Shown here: positions 47,828-57,272 of the stretch, piece by piece
Numbering within the stretch: the stretch's first letter is position 1
How the letters are laid out: each line of letters starts with the position of its first letter
NCBI GenBank assembly: GCA_964586635.1
Contig: CAZPGN010000003.1
Span: 8,945 to 72,944 of the forward strand
Direction: 5' to 3'
Source of the DNA: an uncultured Candidatus Saccharibacteria bacterium
Lineage (GTDB): Bacteria > Patescibacteriota > Minisyncoccia > Phycocordibacterales > CAZPGN01
Length of the DNA stretch: 64,000 bases
Position numbers and translations under genes: made by a program
Notes under the pieces: model-generated
What the model saw: the letters and a program-made list of their open reading frames with translations, nothing else
Database searches by the model: none
What the model was told of the DNA's origin: nothing

Positions 47828-49308
47828 TGACCCGGAATCAGCGCGCGCAAAAAGCTTCCAATGCGGCCTATGATACCAATAATGCCCGAGTCCCGCTTTG
47901 GGATAACTGTCCGCGAGGGAGTTTTGGTTACCGCTCCCAGTTCGGGAGCGTCTCGTTTCAGAACGGCTTCCTCGACGGCCGCAGTCGACACCGCCACGGG
48001 ACGAACATCCGTTAGAGGAACAGTGCTCGTTCGAGAATCTAGGTTCCCTGCTCCCAGTCGAGTAACATGTTCGGACAGTTGTAGGATAAGCGCATGCGCC
48101 GTTTGAAGGTCGGCATACGCTTCTCGAATCTCTGCGCTATCTCTATCCTCGCTTGTTGGTTCGGCGACAGAAACATTCGAGGAGCCTTTGCGATATATGT
48201 CTGCGCGAACACCATCGGGACGAGAAAGCAATATCTCTGAATCCTCCTCAAAGTGAAGCCCATGAACACGCCACGGCAATATTATGCGCATCCCCGCGCT
48301 AATTATCGTGTCTCTCGGAAACTGAAATCGTGTGCCGCCGACAGTGATCGCCCAATCGGCTAGATTTTGTTCGTACGGTCCAGTATTATGAAGTTCTAAG
48401 GAGCGATCCGCCATTCCATTGCTGGCGATAGCAATGGTTATTGCGGGCGCGAAAACAGTTACGGTATTGCGCGCAACTGAAATATCCTCCCCGCGCTCGG
48501 CATTTATTACAACATTGTATGTTCCGGGATATGCGTAGGCGTGATCTGTCTCTCTCCCGCGAGCGAATGACCCGTCGCCGAATGACCAAAAATACTCAAA
48601 GCGCTCACTCGCTCCAATTCCACGCGCCGCGAAACGCACATGCTCTCCAACGCTTGCAATTCGGTTTCTTCCCGCACTGATGGCAAAATCTTCTTTCGGT
48701 CGCACCGCAACCACATTGGCTGGCGACGAATGCGCCGATACGGCGACGACAGCAGAAGGTCCCCCCGTATTGCTTACCTCTTCAGTGGATGAGGGCGGCG
48801 AAGAAAGCGCGTTCATCGCGCGCGGCGTTCCAGACGCGGTTATCCATGCGCTGGCGCTTTTCTGCATCGTATCTTTAGTCGTATTGTCTCCTGCCGGCCA
48901 ACCATCGACCAGGAAAGATACTCTCTCTACTTCTGCGCCTCCAGAATCTTTGAGCACTATATCTTCACCGCCGTTATCAAGCGCGCCCGCGTACACTTGG
49001 TCTGCGACAATCTGCGGCAGTGTCCCGTCATCAGTTCGCTCTAGCAGAAAATAACCATTCCCGGCGATAGTCCCCGCGAGCTCGACACGCCTCGGATTCG
49101 CGGTCTCAATGTCCCACGAAAGCGTCCAACCCGCGAGGCTTACTGCGCTCGCTGAATCATTGCGAAGCTCTATCCATTCATCAGAGGCAGAAACAGCCGT
49201 GCCCATCCATGCGATCTCGTTCACGAATACATTTGCGCTCACAGCTCGAGGAACCGTGAGCAATGACAGCACAATAAGAAATGCCAGTGCCATACGATTC
49301 ATGCCCAC
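47824..49308 (-). CDS. Secreted surface protein with lamin-tail (LTD) and PKD domains
   Basis: Signal peptide MGMNRMALAFLIVLSLLTVPRAVSA. LTD motif NEIAWMG...DEWIELRN...LAGWTLS. PKD motif FWSFGDGSFARGRETDHAYAYPGTYNVVINAE. A second LTD-like segment LELHNTGPYEQNLADWAIT. Confidence 0.6.
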   Translation of the reverse strand: MGMNRMALAFLIVLSLLTVPRAVSANVFVNEIAWMGTAVSASDEWIELRNDSASAVSLAGWTLSWDIETANPRRVELAGTIAGNGYFLLERTDDGTLPQIVADQVYAGALDNGGEDIVLKDSGGAEVERVSFLVDGWPAGDNTTKDTMQKSASAWITASGTPRAMNALSSPPSSTEEVSNTGGPSAVVAVSAHSSPANVVAVRPKEDFAISAGRNRIASVGEHVRFAARGIGASERFEYFWSFGDGSFARGRETDHAYAYPGTYNVVINAERGEDISVARNTVTVFAPAITIAIASNGMADRSLELHNTGPYEQNLADWAITVGGTRFQFPRDTIISAGMRIILPWRVHGLHFEEDSEILLSRPDGVRADIYRKGSSNVSVAEPTSEDRDSAEIREAYADLQTAHALILQLSEHVTRLGAGNLDSRTSTVPLTDVRPVAVSTAAVEEAVLKRDAPELGAVTKTPSRTVIPKRDSGIIGIIGRIGSFLRALIPGQ

Positions 49309-50648
49309 AGTGTATGAAAAACTTTCCGCATTTCCTCCGCGATTCCGTTCCAGTCATATAGGAGGGCTGTTTTGTCGCCGCCCTCTGCGAGACGCTCCGC
49401 GAGACCTGAATTATTGAGAATGTTCTTTACTTTCTCGGCGAGACCATGAGGGTCATCAACGTCAACCGCGAGCGCGTTTTCCCCATCACGCAAAAAGTCG
49501 CGAATTCCTCCAACGGTCGTTGCGATAACCGGAATCCCTGCGGCCATCGCTTCAATGAACACATTGCCCATACCTTCAGTGCGCGATGGTCGCACGAAAA
49601 TATCTGCTATCGACAGATAGGACGGAAGTTTTGAATGTGGAATATCACCGAGGAAAAGCACGCGCGCCGATACTCCAAGCTCCGCCGCGAGAGCTATAAG
49701 ATAGGGTTGCAGAGGTCCCGTGCCAATCACAAGCAGCTTAACATTCTCGGGCAGTTCGAGGAGCGAACGGATAATCGTATCTACTGCGTTTTTGTGGACT
49801 AAACGCGATACCGTCACAAGAAGTGACTGGCCGCCGTTATCCGTAAATCGCTCTCGGAGTGATTGTACAAGCGCAGGGTCCCCCTTCCCGTGAAAACGCC
49901 CATAATCAACCCCGTTCGGAATGACAAGTACAGGATTGACTGCTCCCATACTGCGCGCGAAATCCGCGAGAAACTCGGAGATCGCTGTGATAATATCCGC
50001 GCGTAAGAAAATCTCACGAAACCATTTCGATACAAATCGTGTTTTTCTCAAAATATACTCGAGTGGGTCCCCCTCTTGTAGAGTTAACACAAACGGGGCA
50101 TCGGGATAGCGTTTCTTAAAAAAGAGCGCGGCGAACCCTGCGCGATTTGCCATAATCGACCAAACGAGAGAAAACGGCTTCGCGCGATGTAATCGGCGCG
50201 CATACCGTGCGGCGATAAAAGGAAATAGAGTTTTATGTAGCTTGAACGCTCTTGGAATTCTTTTCCCGACGCGATGAATCCGCACATTGCCAATGTCTTC
50301 GATACGAGGCGAGTTGGGGTCAAGCGCGAGCGTAACGACATCGAAGGAAAGGCCTTGCATGCGAGCGGTTATCTCGCGCACAGCGATCTCTGCTCCACCG
50401 ATATGTGGCAGATATGCGAGAGAGAATACGAGAACACGCCTTTGTTTAGTTTCCTCCGGGTCTGCCATCATTGCCATGCAACACCTTTCGTAATACTTCT
50501 TCGGGAACCTCTCCCGTGGTTTTTTCACTCGCGGATTCACTGGGTCTCGGCGCTGACTGCGGAATATCCTTCGACACCCGAGGAGAAACAACGACTGGCT
50601 TACCGATCGCGCTTGCGATCGCGGCCTTGAGCGAACTATGACCAGCAA
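49299..50648 (-). CDS. Glycosyltransferase family 4
   Basis: FVRPSRTEGMGNVFIEAMAAGIPVIAT motif. The true start is likely MAMMADPEE (~50480); the ORF-track start overlaps the upstream ATPase gene by about 200 bp. Confidence 0.65.
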   Translation of the reverse strand: MLVIVRSRPRSQARSVSQSLFLLGCRRIFRSQRRDPVNPRVKKPRERFPKKYYERCCMAMMADPEETKQRRVLVFSLAYLPHIGGAEIAVREITARMQGLSFDVVTLALDPNSPRIEDIGNVRIHRVGKRIPRAFKLHKTLFPFIAARYARRLHRAKPFSLVWSIMANRAGFAALFFKKRYPDAPFVLTLQEGDPLEYILRKTRFVSKWFREIFLRADIITAISEFLADFARSMGAVNPVLVIPNGVDYGRFHGKGDPALVQSLRERFTDNGGQSLLVTVSRLVHKNAVDTIIRSLLELPENVKLLVIGTGPLQPYLIALAAELGVSARVLFLGDIPHSKLPSYLSIADIFVRPSRTEGMGNVFIEAMAAGIPVIATTVGGIRDFLRDGENALAVDVDDPHGLAEKVKNILNNSGLAERLAEGGDKTALLYDWNGIAEEMRKVFHTLWA

Positions 50649-52179
50649 GCGGCGGCGCGCCTGTGCGAGAGAATTGCGCGCTGGCGGAATGTTGTTTGCT
50701 TTTTGTTCTTAAAGGGACCTGCGACGCCGTCCTGCGCGATGCCGATGCAACATCATCGTTCTGCAACGGGTCACGGCCAGGCCGTTCTACTCGAGCAGTG
50801 CTTATCTGTACAGGAGTCGAACGCAATTCTCGTTTGTCTGCATTTTCGTTTTTTTCCTTCGCTGGACGCACGGTCGCAGGCTGAATGGGCTCGTGCCACT
50901 TCCGTATCTCCTCTTCAACACCCTGACGCGGTTGACCGAATCTGGTGCGGGATTGCCGAATCACTGCCGCCTTGTGAGAAATCTCATCGGGCGCTATAGG
51001 CGCCATGGTAGTTGCGGAAAATGGCGGAGACCCCACACCGTCTATCATGAGCGTCATATATACTTGCGCAAAACCAAGTCCGATGAGGTCTTCAGCGGTG
51101 AATTGCGGCATGAATATTTTCTCGAGCACTTCAGCGTCAAATGGACCGACGCGGAAAGAGATCGTGGTGCCGACATTTCCGAATACGGCATTGCGAACAG
51201 TTTCGGGCATCTGCTCGATATACTGATGCGCGATAGTAAGAGATAGTTTGTATTTTCGGGCCTCCGAGAGAATGTCGGCAAAACTATCGCTCACAAATGA
51301 CTGAAACTCATCAACGAACAAGTAATATTCCGGGAGAGCGCGAAGCTCCGCCGCGGAAACTCTAGCGCGGCTCATGGCGGCAAGGTATATCTTGGTGATA
51401 AGCATGCTCCCCAACAACTGCGCGTTCGTTTCGCCTATCTTGCCCTTAGAGAGATTCATTATTAGAATCTTGCCGTCATCCATTATTTCTCGAATGTCGA
51501 ATGACGACTTCGGCTGTCCGATGATATTGCGCACAACAGGATTCGAAACAAATTGACCAATCTTATTCTGTATCGCGGCGCCTGCCTCCTGCATATATCG
51601 GTCTGTATATTTCGCGAACTCATCCACCCAGAACGCCCGCACAGAAACATCTGATATATTTTCCACCACTCGCTTGCGGAAGTCTTTGTCTGCGAGCATA
51701 CGGTTGACCCCAAGGAGCGTAGCGCCCGGATATTCAATTAGCGCGAGCAGTATGTTCGTCAGAATGTACTCCATGCGCGCAGACCAGACATCCGGCCATA
51801 TTTTCTTGAATGAAGACATGAGACCGGACACGACCAAATGACGCCGTTCTGGCTCTACGTCCTCCATTACATTGAATGAGAGCGGGCGGTCGAGGTCGTC
51901 GGGGTCAAAGTAGATTACATCCTTCACTCGTTCGGCGGGAATATAATCTAGCATAAGCTCGGCCGTTTTGCCGTGCGGGTCAATAAATCCCATTCCGTGC
52001 CCAAGTTGGATATCTTGTATCGCCATGTTTTCAAGGAGCGTGGACTTGCCCATGCCGGTTTTGCCGATGACATAAACATGACGGGTTCTATCGTCGTTTT
52101 TAATTCCGAACTTGCGCTTCTGATTGCGGAAATCAGTCTCGCCGAAGTAAATGATCTTTTCGCGATCCGACGCACTCAT
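50446..52179 (-). CDS. TraD/VirD4-like (type IV coupling protein / DUF87-AAA_10 family) P-loop ATPase, no N-terminal TM anchor, long disordered C-terminal tail
   Basis: Walker A VIGKTGMGKSTLL; Walker B-like YYLFVDEFQSF. The C-terminal ~170 aa are low-complexity (P/S/A/R-rich). Confidence 0.5.
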   Translation of the reverse strand: MSASDREKIIYFGETDFRNQKRKFGIKNDDRTRHVYVIGKTGMGKSTLLENMAIQDIQLGHGMGFIDPHGKTAELMLDYIPAERVKDVIYFDPDDLDRPLSFNVMEDVEPERRHLVVSGLMSSFKKIWPDVWSARMEYILTNILLALIEYPGATLLGVNRMLADKDFRKRVVENISDVSVRAFWVDEFAKYTDRYMQEAGAAIQNKIGQFVSNPVVRNIIGQPKSSFDIREIMDDGKILIMNLSKGKIGETNAQLLGSMLITKIYLAAMSRARVSAAELRALPEYYLFVDEFQSFVSDSFADILSEARKYKLSLTIAHQYIEQMPETVRNAVFGNVGTTISFRVGPFDAEVLEKIFMPQFTAEDLIGLGFAQVYMTLMIDGVGSPPFSATTMAPIAPDEISHKAAVIRQSRTRFGQPRQGVEEEIRKWHEPIQPATVRPAKEKNENADKRELRSTPVQISTARVERPGRDPLQNDDVASASRRTASQVPLRTKSKQHSASAQFSRTGAPPLAGHSSLKAAIASAIGKPVVVSPRVSKDIPQSAPRPSESASEKTTGEVPEEVLRKVLHGNDGRPGGN

Positions 52180-52302
52180 AATTGCGCTTCAGTATATCAA
52201 AAAATTCGGCCATCCGCTAGGATACGCCGATCATCGTCCGACTGAGAGTTCCCGTCAGTATTTATTAAATTGGGAATCCTTCATCCGTGTCTGCGGGGGC
52301 TT

Positions 52303-53541
52303 TTATGGCAACAACGCTCCGCGGGTATATATGTTTGACGGGTCCCAGAGCATCCAGGAAGAAAGGCCTGCATCATAGGTAGCTTGCATTTGTGCTCGAA
52401 TCATGGGTGCGGTATAATCTGCCCCCAGATCAAAATCCTGCAGCCAGGGGCGGAGCTTGTAGGGCGAGGTACTCGCCGCAATCGATCGCGCAACTCCCTG
52501 TTCCATCGCATGTTTGACAACCGTATACGGTTCAGTAGCCGGTCGCGAAAGTCCAAGAAATCCGCTCGGATAGTGCGATGGGTAGACCATTGGAGCGATG
52601 TAGTCGAAATAAGGCAGAGCAACCTCGAGAACCTGCCCGATATTAAGGTCATCGTAGCTCGTCATTGTCATCCCAAAAAGGTCCGCAGACAGAATGGCGC
52701 CACTATCGCCAAGCTCTGCGTGCAGATACGCAAAAAATTCACCAAGCACGTCGCGCGGCGGGCTCGCCTTACTGTGCGGGAAGAAAATATCTTTCATATT
52801 TCCATCGGACGGGAAGCGCACATAGTCGAAATTTAGTTCATCAAATCCCGCGCCGTATGCATCACGCGCAATCGCAACAGCATATGTCCATGCTTCTTTC
52901 GATCCGGCATCCAACCATGCTATGCCTTTTCGATCGCGCCAAATGCCATTATCGCTTGCGCGCAGTACTGCTAGGTCAGGGCGGCGAACTACTAGATGTG
53001 GATCTTGGAATACACTTATCCGCGCGATTACATAAATGCCCTTTTCGTGGAGCGATGAAACGAACTCGCGCATATCGCGCGCCCCACATCTTGACGCCTC
53101 CCATGCGTGCAATAGAACAGGATTTTCTGGCCGAAAGGAAAGCGTTCCCGAAAAATCCTTCACATCAATGACTACGGCATTCAGCTCCGTTTCGTCGATG
53201 AGACTGACCAATTTGTTTCGAAAGCTCGGCGTGCCTGCGACACAGCTCGTCATATATATCGCCCGAACTGATTCAGGCATCTGCAGGTGACGCGCCTCCC
53301 CGGGCAGAGCTCGGCCGTATATCTCACTCGAAGCGAGCGCGGCGCCAGAATACAGGAGCGGCGAAGAAAGCTGCGCCGACGAAAAGCCAACACCGAAAAT
53401 AGAAATGAGCGCCACAATGAGGATCGGCGCCGCTCTGTCGATGCGGTCAAACACTGTCTCTCTCACGGCTTTCAAAGAGTGACGGGGGTTGGATACTGTG
53501 GCACGCTTTCTCGGCGAGAAAAGAAAGGACGACAACGACAA
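52303..53541 (-). CDS. Putative membrane-anchored glycoside hydrolase-like TIM-barrel protein (DUF4015/GHL-type)
   Basis: N-terminal TM helix then TIM-barrel-like domain (NAVVIDVKDFSG..., FDELNFDYVRFP). The family call is tentative. Confidence 0.4.
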   Translation of the reverse strand: MSLSSFLFSPRKRATVSNPRHSLKAVRETVFDRIDRAAPILIVALISIFGVGFSSAQLSSPLLYSGAALASSEIYGRALPGEARHLQMPESVRAIYMTSCVAGTPSFRNKLVSLIDETELNAVVIDVKDFSGTLSFRPENPVLLHAWEASRCGARDMREFVSSLHEKGIYVIARISVFQDPHLVVRRPDLAVLRASDNGIWRDRKGIAWLDAGSKEAWTYAVAIARDAYGAGFDELNFDYVRFPSDGNMKDIFFPHSKASPPRDVLGEFFAYLHAELGDSGAILSADLFGMTMTSYDDLNIGQVLEVALPYFDYIAPMVYPSHYPSGFLGLSRPATEPYTVVKHAMEQGVARSIAASTSPYKLRPWLQDFDLGADYTAPMIRAQMQATYDAGLSSWMLWDPSNIYTRGALLP

Positions 53542-53686
53542 AGCCAGTTAGCACGAAAAGTCCGTTCTTTAAACCGCGCGGGAAACCAAGGAATGGCAAT
53601 GCGCTCGTCCAAAAACCGAGAAATACCAGCAGTACATATTTCCACCGTTCGCTATTCATGCGTACAGTATACAGCCACAGGTCCAA
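53447..53686 (-). CDS. Small hydrophobic membrane protein (hypothetical, ~60–79 aa)
   Basis: Two predicted TM helices (YVLLVFLGFWTSALPFLGF..., LFVLTGFVVVVLSFL). Fills the gap between rsmI and the hydrolase gene. Confidence 0.3.
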   Translation of the reverse strand: MDLWLYTVRMNSERWKYVLLVFLGFWTSALPFLGFPRGLKNGLFVLTGFVVVVLSFLAEKACHSIQPPSLFESRERDSV

Positions 53687-53700
53687 AAAACAATGCCGAT

Positions 53701-54387
53701 CTAGCGCTCTCCTATAACTACAACGAACTCGCCGCGAACAAGATCGGGATGCTCTAAGAACTGACGCAAGACTACTTTCGCGGGCCCAACGATGACACGC
53801 TCATGAATCTTTGTAAGTTCTTTGACAACGACAACTTTTCGCTCCGGTTCAAGCATTTCGGCTAACTTCTGTAGGGTCTTCACGAGACGATGCGTCGATT
53901 CATAGAATACATGCGAACGAGCGCTTGAAGCAATTTCTCTGAAAATCGTGTCCCGTCCTTTTTTATGCGGCAGGAATCCATGAAAAACAAACGACGAGGT
54001 CGGAACGCCCGCAACGGACAACGCCGCTGATAGCGCCGAAGGGCCCGGGATCGCCTCGATGAGGACGCTATCGCCAAAGTGACCCCGCACGAGCGATACG
54101 AGTGCGCCTCCTGGGTCCGAGATACCAGGCGTTCCTGCATCCGAAACAAGCGCGATACTCTTTCCGTCCTCGAGCAATGCGAGTATCTCCTGACTTCTTG
54201 AGGCGGGGCTATGCTCGTTGTATGACAGCACATGTGTACTAATGTCGTATTTCGAGAAGAGCCGCTTCGTAATGCGCGTGTCTTCGCACAAAACGAAATC
54301 CGCTTCGCGCAACACGCGGAGCGCCCGGAGCGTTATGTCTTCGAGGTTTCCAATCGGGGTGCTTACGATGGAAAGTTTTCCGGCCAT
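53701..54387 (-). CDS. rsmI: 16S rRNA (cytidine1402-2'-O)-methyltransferase RsmI
   Basis: KLSIVSTPIGNLEDITLRALRVLREADFVLCEDTR tetrapyrrole-methylase-family start typical of RsmI. Confidence 0.8.
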   Translation of the reverse strand: MAGKLSIVSTPIGNLEDITLRALRVLREADFVLCEDTRITKRLFSKYDISTHVLSYNEHSPASRSQEILALLEDGKSIALVSDAGTPGISDPGGALVSLVRGHFGDSVLIEAIPGPSALSAALSVAGVPTSSFVFHGFLPHKKGRDTIFREIASSARSHVFYESTHRLVKTLQKLAEMLEPERKVVVVKELTKIHERVIVGPAKVVLRQFLEHPDLVRGEFVVVIGER

Positions 54388-54396
54388 ATTTCTCTG

Positions 54397-55737
54397 TTAT
54401 TTTTGCACGAAACTCTCAGCAAGTTTGCAAATATCTCCCGCTCCCATCGTAATTACAACGCTCCCCGTCTTCGCGCGCGTGAGCAAACGCGTTTCTATTT
54501 TATCGAAATTGTCGAGAAATGCCGCGTCTGCATGGCGTTTACTTATTTCAGCCGCAAGCATATCGCCCGTGATGGATGGGTCATATTGCTCGCGTGCGGC
54601 ATAGATAGGAGCAATTATTACATGGTTCGCATCATGAAAACTCTTGCCAAATTCTGCAAACAAAGCCTTGGTGCGAGAATAGAGGTGCGGTTGGAAAACG
54701 ACCGTAATTTCCCGATCGGGATACATCTCGCGCGCACCCGATAGCGCCGCCCGAACCTTGTGTGGATTGTGCGCATAGTCGTCATACACCAAAACACCCG
54801 CCGAAGTTTCGCCCACAAAATCAAACCTACGCCATGTGCCAGAAAAACTTTCTAGCGATCTGGCTCGAACATCTCGCGGTATGCCGAGAAAATCGCCGAC
54901 AACATCGGCGGCCTGCGCATTGCTTACATTATGTCTTCCCGGAACACGAAGCTTATAGGAAAATGGGGCAAGTTCGGCATATGACAGCACATGACATTTC
55001 GCCTCTCCTAGAATTGGAGCAACGTGCGGGTCATCAGGGTTGCATACAAGCGCGCCGTCAGCGGGGATTTTCCTAACCAATTCTGCGAATGCTTCTTGGA
55101 TGCCAGACAAGTCCTTGAAAAAGTCGAGGTGGTCTTCATCAATATTGGTTATGACCAATATCTGCGGAGACAAGCTCAAGAACGACTTGCGATATTCGTC
55201 CGCTTCCACAACGAGGTAGTCGCTCTCTCCCGCGATAAAATTGGTGCCGCGCAAAACTCGCGCGCCAACAAATTCAGGTTGGCCGAGGTCTTCGGGCTTT
55301 AAAAGCGACCCCACGATCACGGTCGGGTCCAAACCACCGTCCCGAAGAACTTTTGCAATCATGGCGGTCGTGGTCGTCTTGCCGTGTGTCCCCGACACGG
55401 CAATGGTGTACATGTCTTCGGACACGATTTTCAGCATCTCTGGATACGAGAGAATCGGGACGCGCCTCATTCGTACTGCCTTTAGCAATTCCGGACAGAG
55501 GTCATTCCACGCAACACTGTATACGACCAGCTCCGCATCTTCAGGAATACTTTCCTCCGTTTTTCCGACCTCGATAGGAATACCGAGCTTTTCGAGCGCG
55601 TGATTCATGTCGAAATCACCAATGTCATTCCCAGTGACCCGTTTGCCGCGCGAATGCATCATGCGAGCCATCGCAGAAATGCCAATTCCTGCAATGCCCA
55701 CAAAATGTATGTTTTGTATCTTTTCCAGATCGATCAT
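54397..55737 (-). CDS. murC: UDP-N-acetylmuramate–L-alanine ligase MurC
   Basis: IHFVGIAGIGISAMARMM start; Mur ligase middle domain GTHGKTTTTAMI. Confidence 0.85.
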   Translation of the reverse strand: MIDLEKIQNIHFVGIAGIGISAMARMMHSRGKRVTGNDIGDFDMNHALEKLGIPIEVGKTEESIPEDAELVVYSVAWNDLCPELLKAVRMRRVPILSYPEMLKIVSEDMYTIAVSGTHGKTTTTAMIAKVLRDGGLDPTVIVGSLLKPEDLGQPEFVGARVLRGTNFIAGESDYLVVEADEYRKSFLSLSPQILVITNIDEDHLDFFKDLSGIQEAFAELVRKIPADGALVCNPDDPHVAPILGEAKCHVLSYAELAPFSYKLRVPGRHNVSNAQAADVVGDFLGIPRDVRARSLESFSGTWRRFDFVGETSAGVLVYDDYAHNPHKVRAALSGAREMYPDREITVVFQPHLYSRTKALFAEFGKSFHDANHVIIAPIYAAREQYDPSITGDMLAAEISKRHADAAFLDNFDKIETRLLTRAKTGSVVITMGAGDICKLAESFVQK

Positions 55738-57083
55738 GTTGTTTTGACGAGCGCCATAAATTGGTCGTTGCGATCGTATTCGTTCTTGAATTCCGTTCCG
55801 AACGAGGCGAATGCCGGGCTGAATAGAATACTATCACCACTATTGCCAATCTCTCTGGCGATGGACACAGCTTCGCCGAGCGAGCGCGCATCGCGGACGA
55901 CCAGGCCGTTCCCGATTGCGCCGAGTGCGGCGCGTATAGTATCCGTTCCTGTCCCCGCATACGCGACTACCGCCCTACAGTATCTGGGAATTTCTGCAAG
56001 CAAACCGTCCATATGAAGCCCTTTGTCTGTTCCGCCCATAATGAGAATGATATTCCTCGATGCTAACCCGAGTGCCCGAAGCCCTGCAACGGTTGCATCC
56101 GGGGTCGTCGCATTATTGTCATTGTAGATTTTCACGCCGCACTGTTCGCCAACGAATTGCAACCTTCCTTCTATGCCGGTGAAGCTTTCGATACCCGAGC
56201 GCAACTGCGGCTCCATAACTCCAAGCAACTCGCACGCACGCATCGCGAGCGCGGCATTGTCGCGATTGTGCGTGCCAAGAATGCGCAGGTTCCAGTCCTT
56301 GGGAAGGTCTCGCGCATCCGCCGAGACGACCCGACTTCGAATATCGGCGCCGTAATATTTTTCGATAGCAACTTCTGCGCTGGGACCGACAATAAGAACA
56401 TCTCGCTCATTCTGATATCGAAAGATATTTGCTTTGTCCGAAAAGTACCGCTTCATATCCCCGCGGTAATAGTTCATGTGGTCTTGCATGAATGTCGTAA
56501 AAATAGCTATATGCGGACTCAACCTTGAGTCCCCAAACCCCTGCAGTTGCCAAGAATCAAGCTCTAGTACGACAGTGTCCCCATCGCGGACTTTTCCAAG
56601 TAGTGCGAGCCCCTCCCCGCCCCGCACATTTCCGCCAAGCAGTACGCGACCAGCACGCCGCGCAGAGAGTATATGATATATGAGCGTAGCCGTGGTGGAT
56701 TTTCCGCGCGTACCAGTAATGCCAATGACCATTATCGAATCCCCCGCGAGTTCAGAAAAAAGCGCCGCGCTCACCTTCACCGGTACGCCATGTTTTATTG
56801 CAGTCACGATATACGGCGAATCGAGAGGCGCATCGGGAGCGCGAAGCACCATGTCGGTATTAACAAAATCATATTCTCTGTGACCGCCGAGATGATATGT
56901 GATATTTCGGTGCGCGGCAAGTTTATTGATGGAATCTCGTAGTGTATCGGCGCTTTTTAGGTCGGTTACCGTTACTAGTGCGCCCATACGCGCTAAAAAA
57001 TCCACATCGGAAATTGCCCTGCCAAGAGTGCCGAGCCCCATTACCGTTACTCGTTTTCCATTAAAATAGTCGTGTGCGTTCAT
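55734..57083 (-). CDS. murD: UDP-N-acetylmuramoylalanine–D-glutamate ligase MurD
   Basis: KRVTVMGLGTLGRA; VIGITGTRGKSTTATLI. I chose the start at MNAHDYF (ATG 57081–57083). The ORF-track extension to 57194 reads through the REP-like element. Confidence 0.8.
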   Translation of the reverse strand: MNAHDYFNGKRVTVMGLGTLGRAISDVDFLARMGALVTVTDLKSADTLRDSINKLAAHRNITYHLGGHREYDFVNTDMVLRAPDAPLDSPYIVTAIKHGVPVKVSAALFSELAGDSIMVIGITGTRGKSTTATLIYHILSARRAGRVLLGGNVRGGEGLALLGKVRDGDTVVLELDSWQLQGFGDSRLSPHIAIFTTFMQDHMNYYRGDMKRYFSDKANIFRYQNERDVLIVGPSAEVAIEKYYGADIRSRVVSADARDLPKDWNLRILGTHNRDNAALAMRACELLGVMEPQLRSGIESFTGIEGRLQFVGEQCGVKIYNDNNATTPDATVAGLRALGLASRNIILIMGGTDKGLHMDGLLAEIPRYCRAVVAYAGTGTDTIRAALGAIGNGLVVRDARSLGEAVSIAREIGNSGDSILFSPAFASFGTEFKNEYDRNDQFMALVKTT

Positions 57084-57145
57084 AACACAGATACAGAGTA
57101 TAGGAAAGGCGTCCCATTCGCAATTCATGGTCCCTCTCGATGGGG

Positions 57146-57167
57146 TGAAGGGGTCAGGAGCCTTCAT
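57146..57167. repeat. REP-like palindromic hairpin element, copy 4 (orientation A) followed by TTTTATATAT
   Basis: TGAAGGggtcaggagCCTTCAT. The extended 36-nt identity with copy 3 includes the flanking TATATAAAA. Confidence 0.7.
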
Positions 57168-57272
57168 TTTATATATCTGCTGCACTACGAACAATTACTA
57201 GCGGAGTGCAAAAAGGGGTGGCATTATACATATGCTGGAAATTAACGCGCGGAATGATATACTGCCGCTCAT

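Noticed and set aside
55734-57194. ORF-track N-terminal extension of murD to 57194
   Set aside because: The extension reads through the REP-like hairpin (MKAPDPF...). The MurD Rossmann motif begins right after the internal MNAHDYF start.
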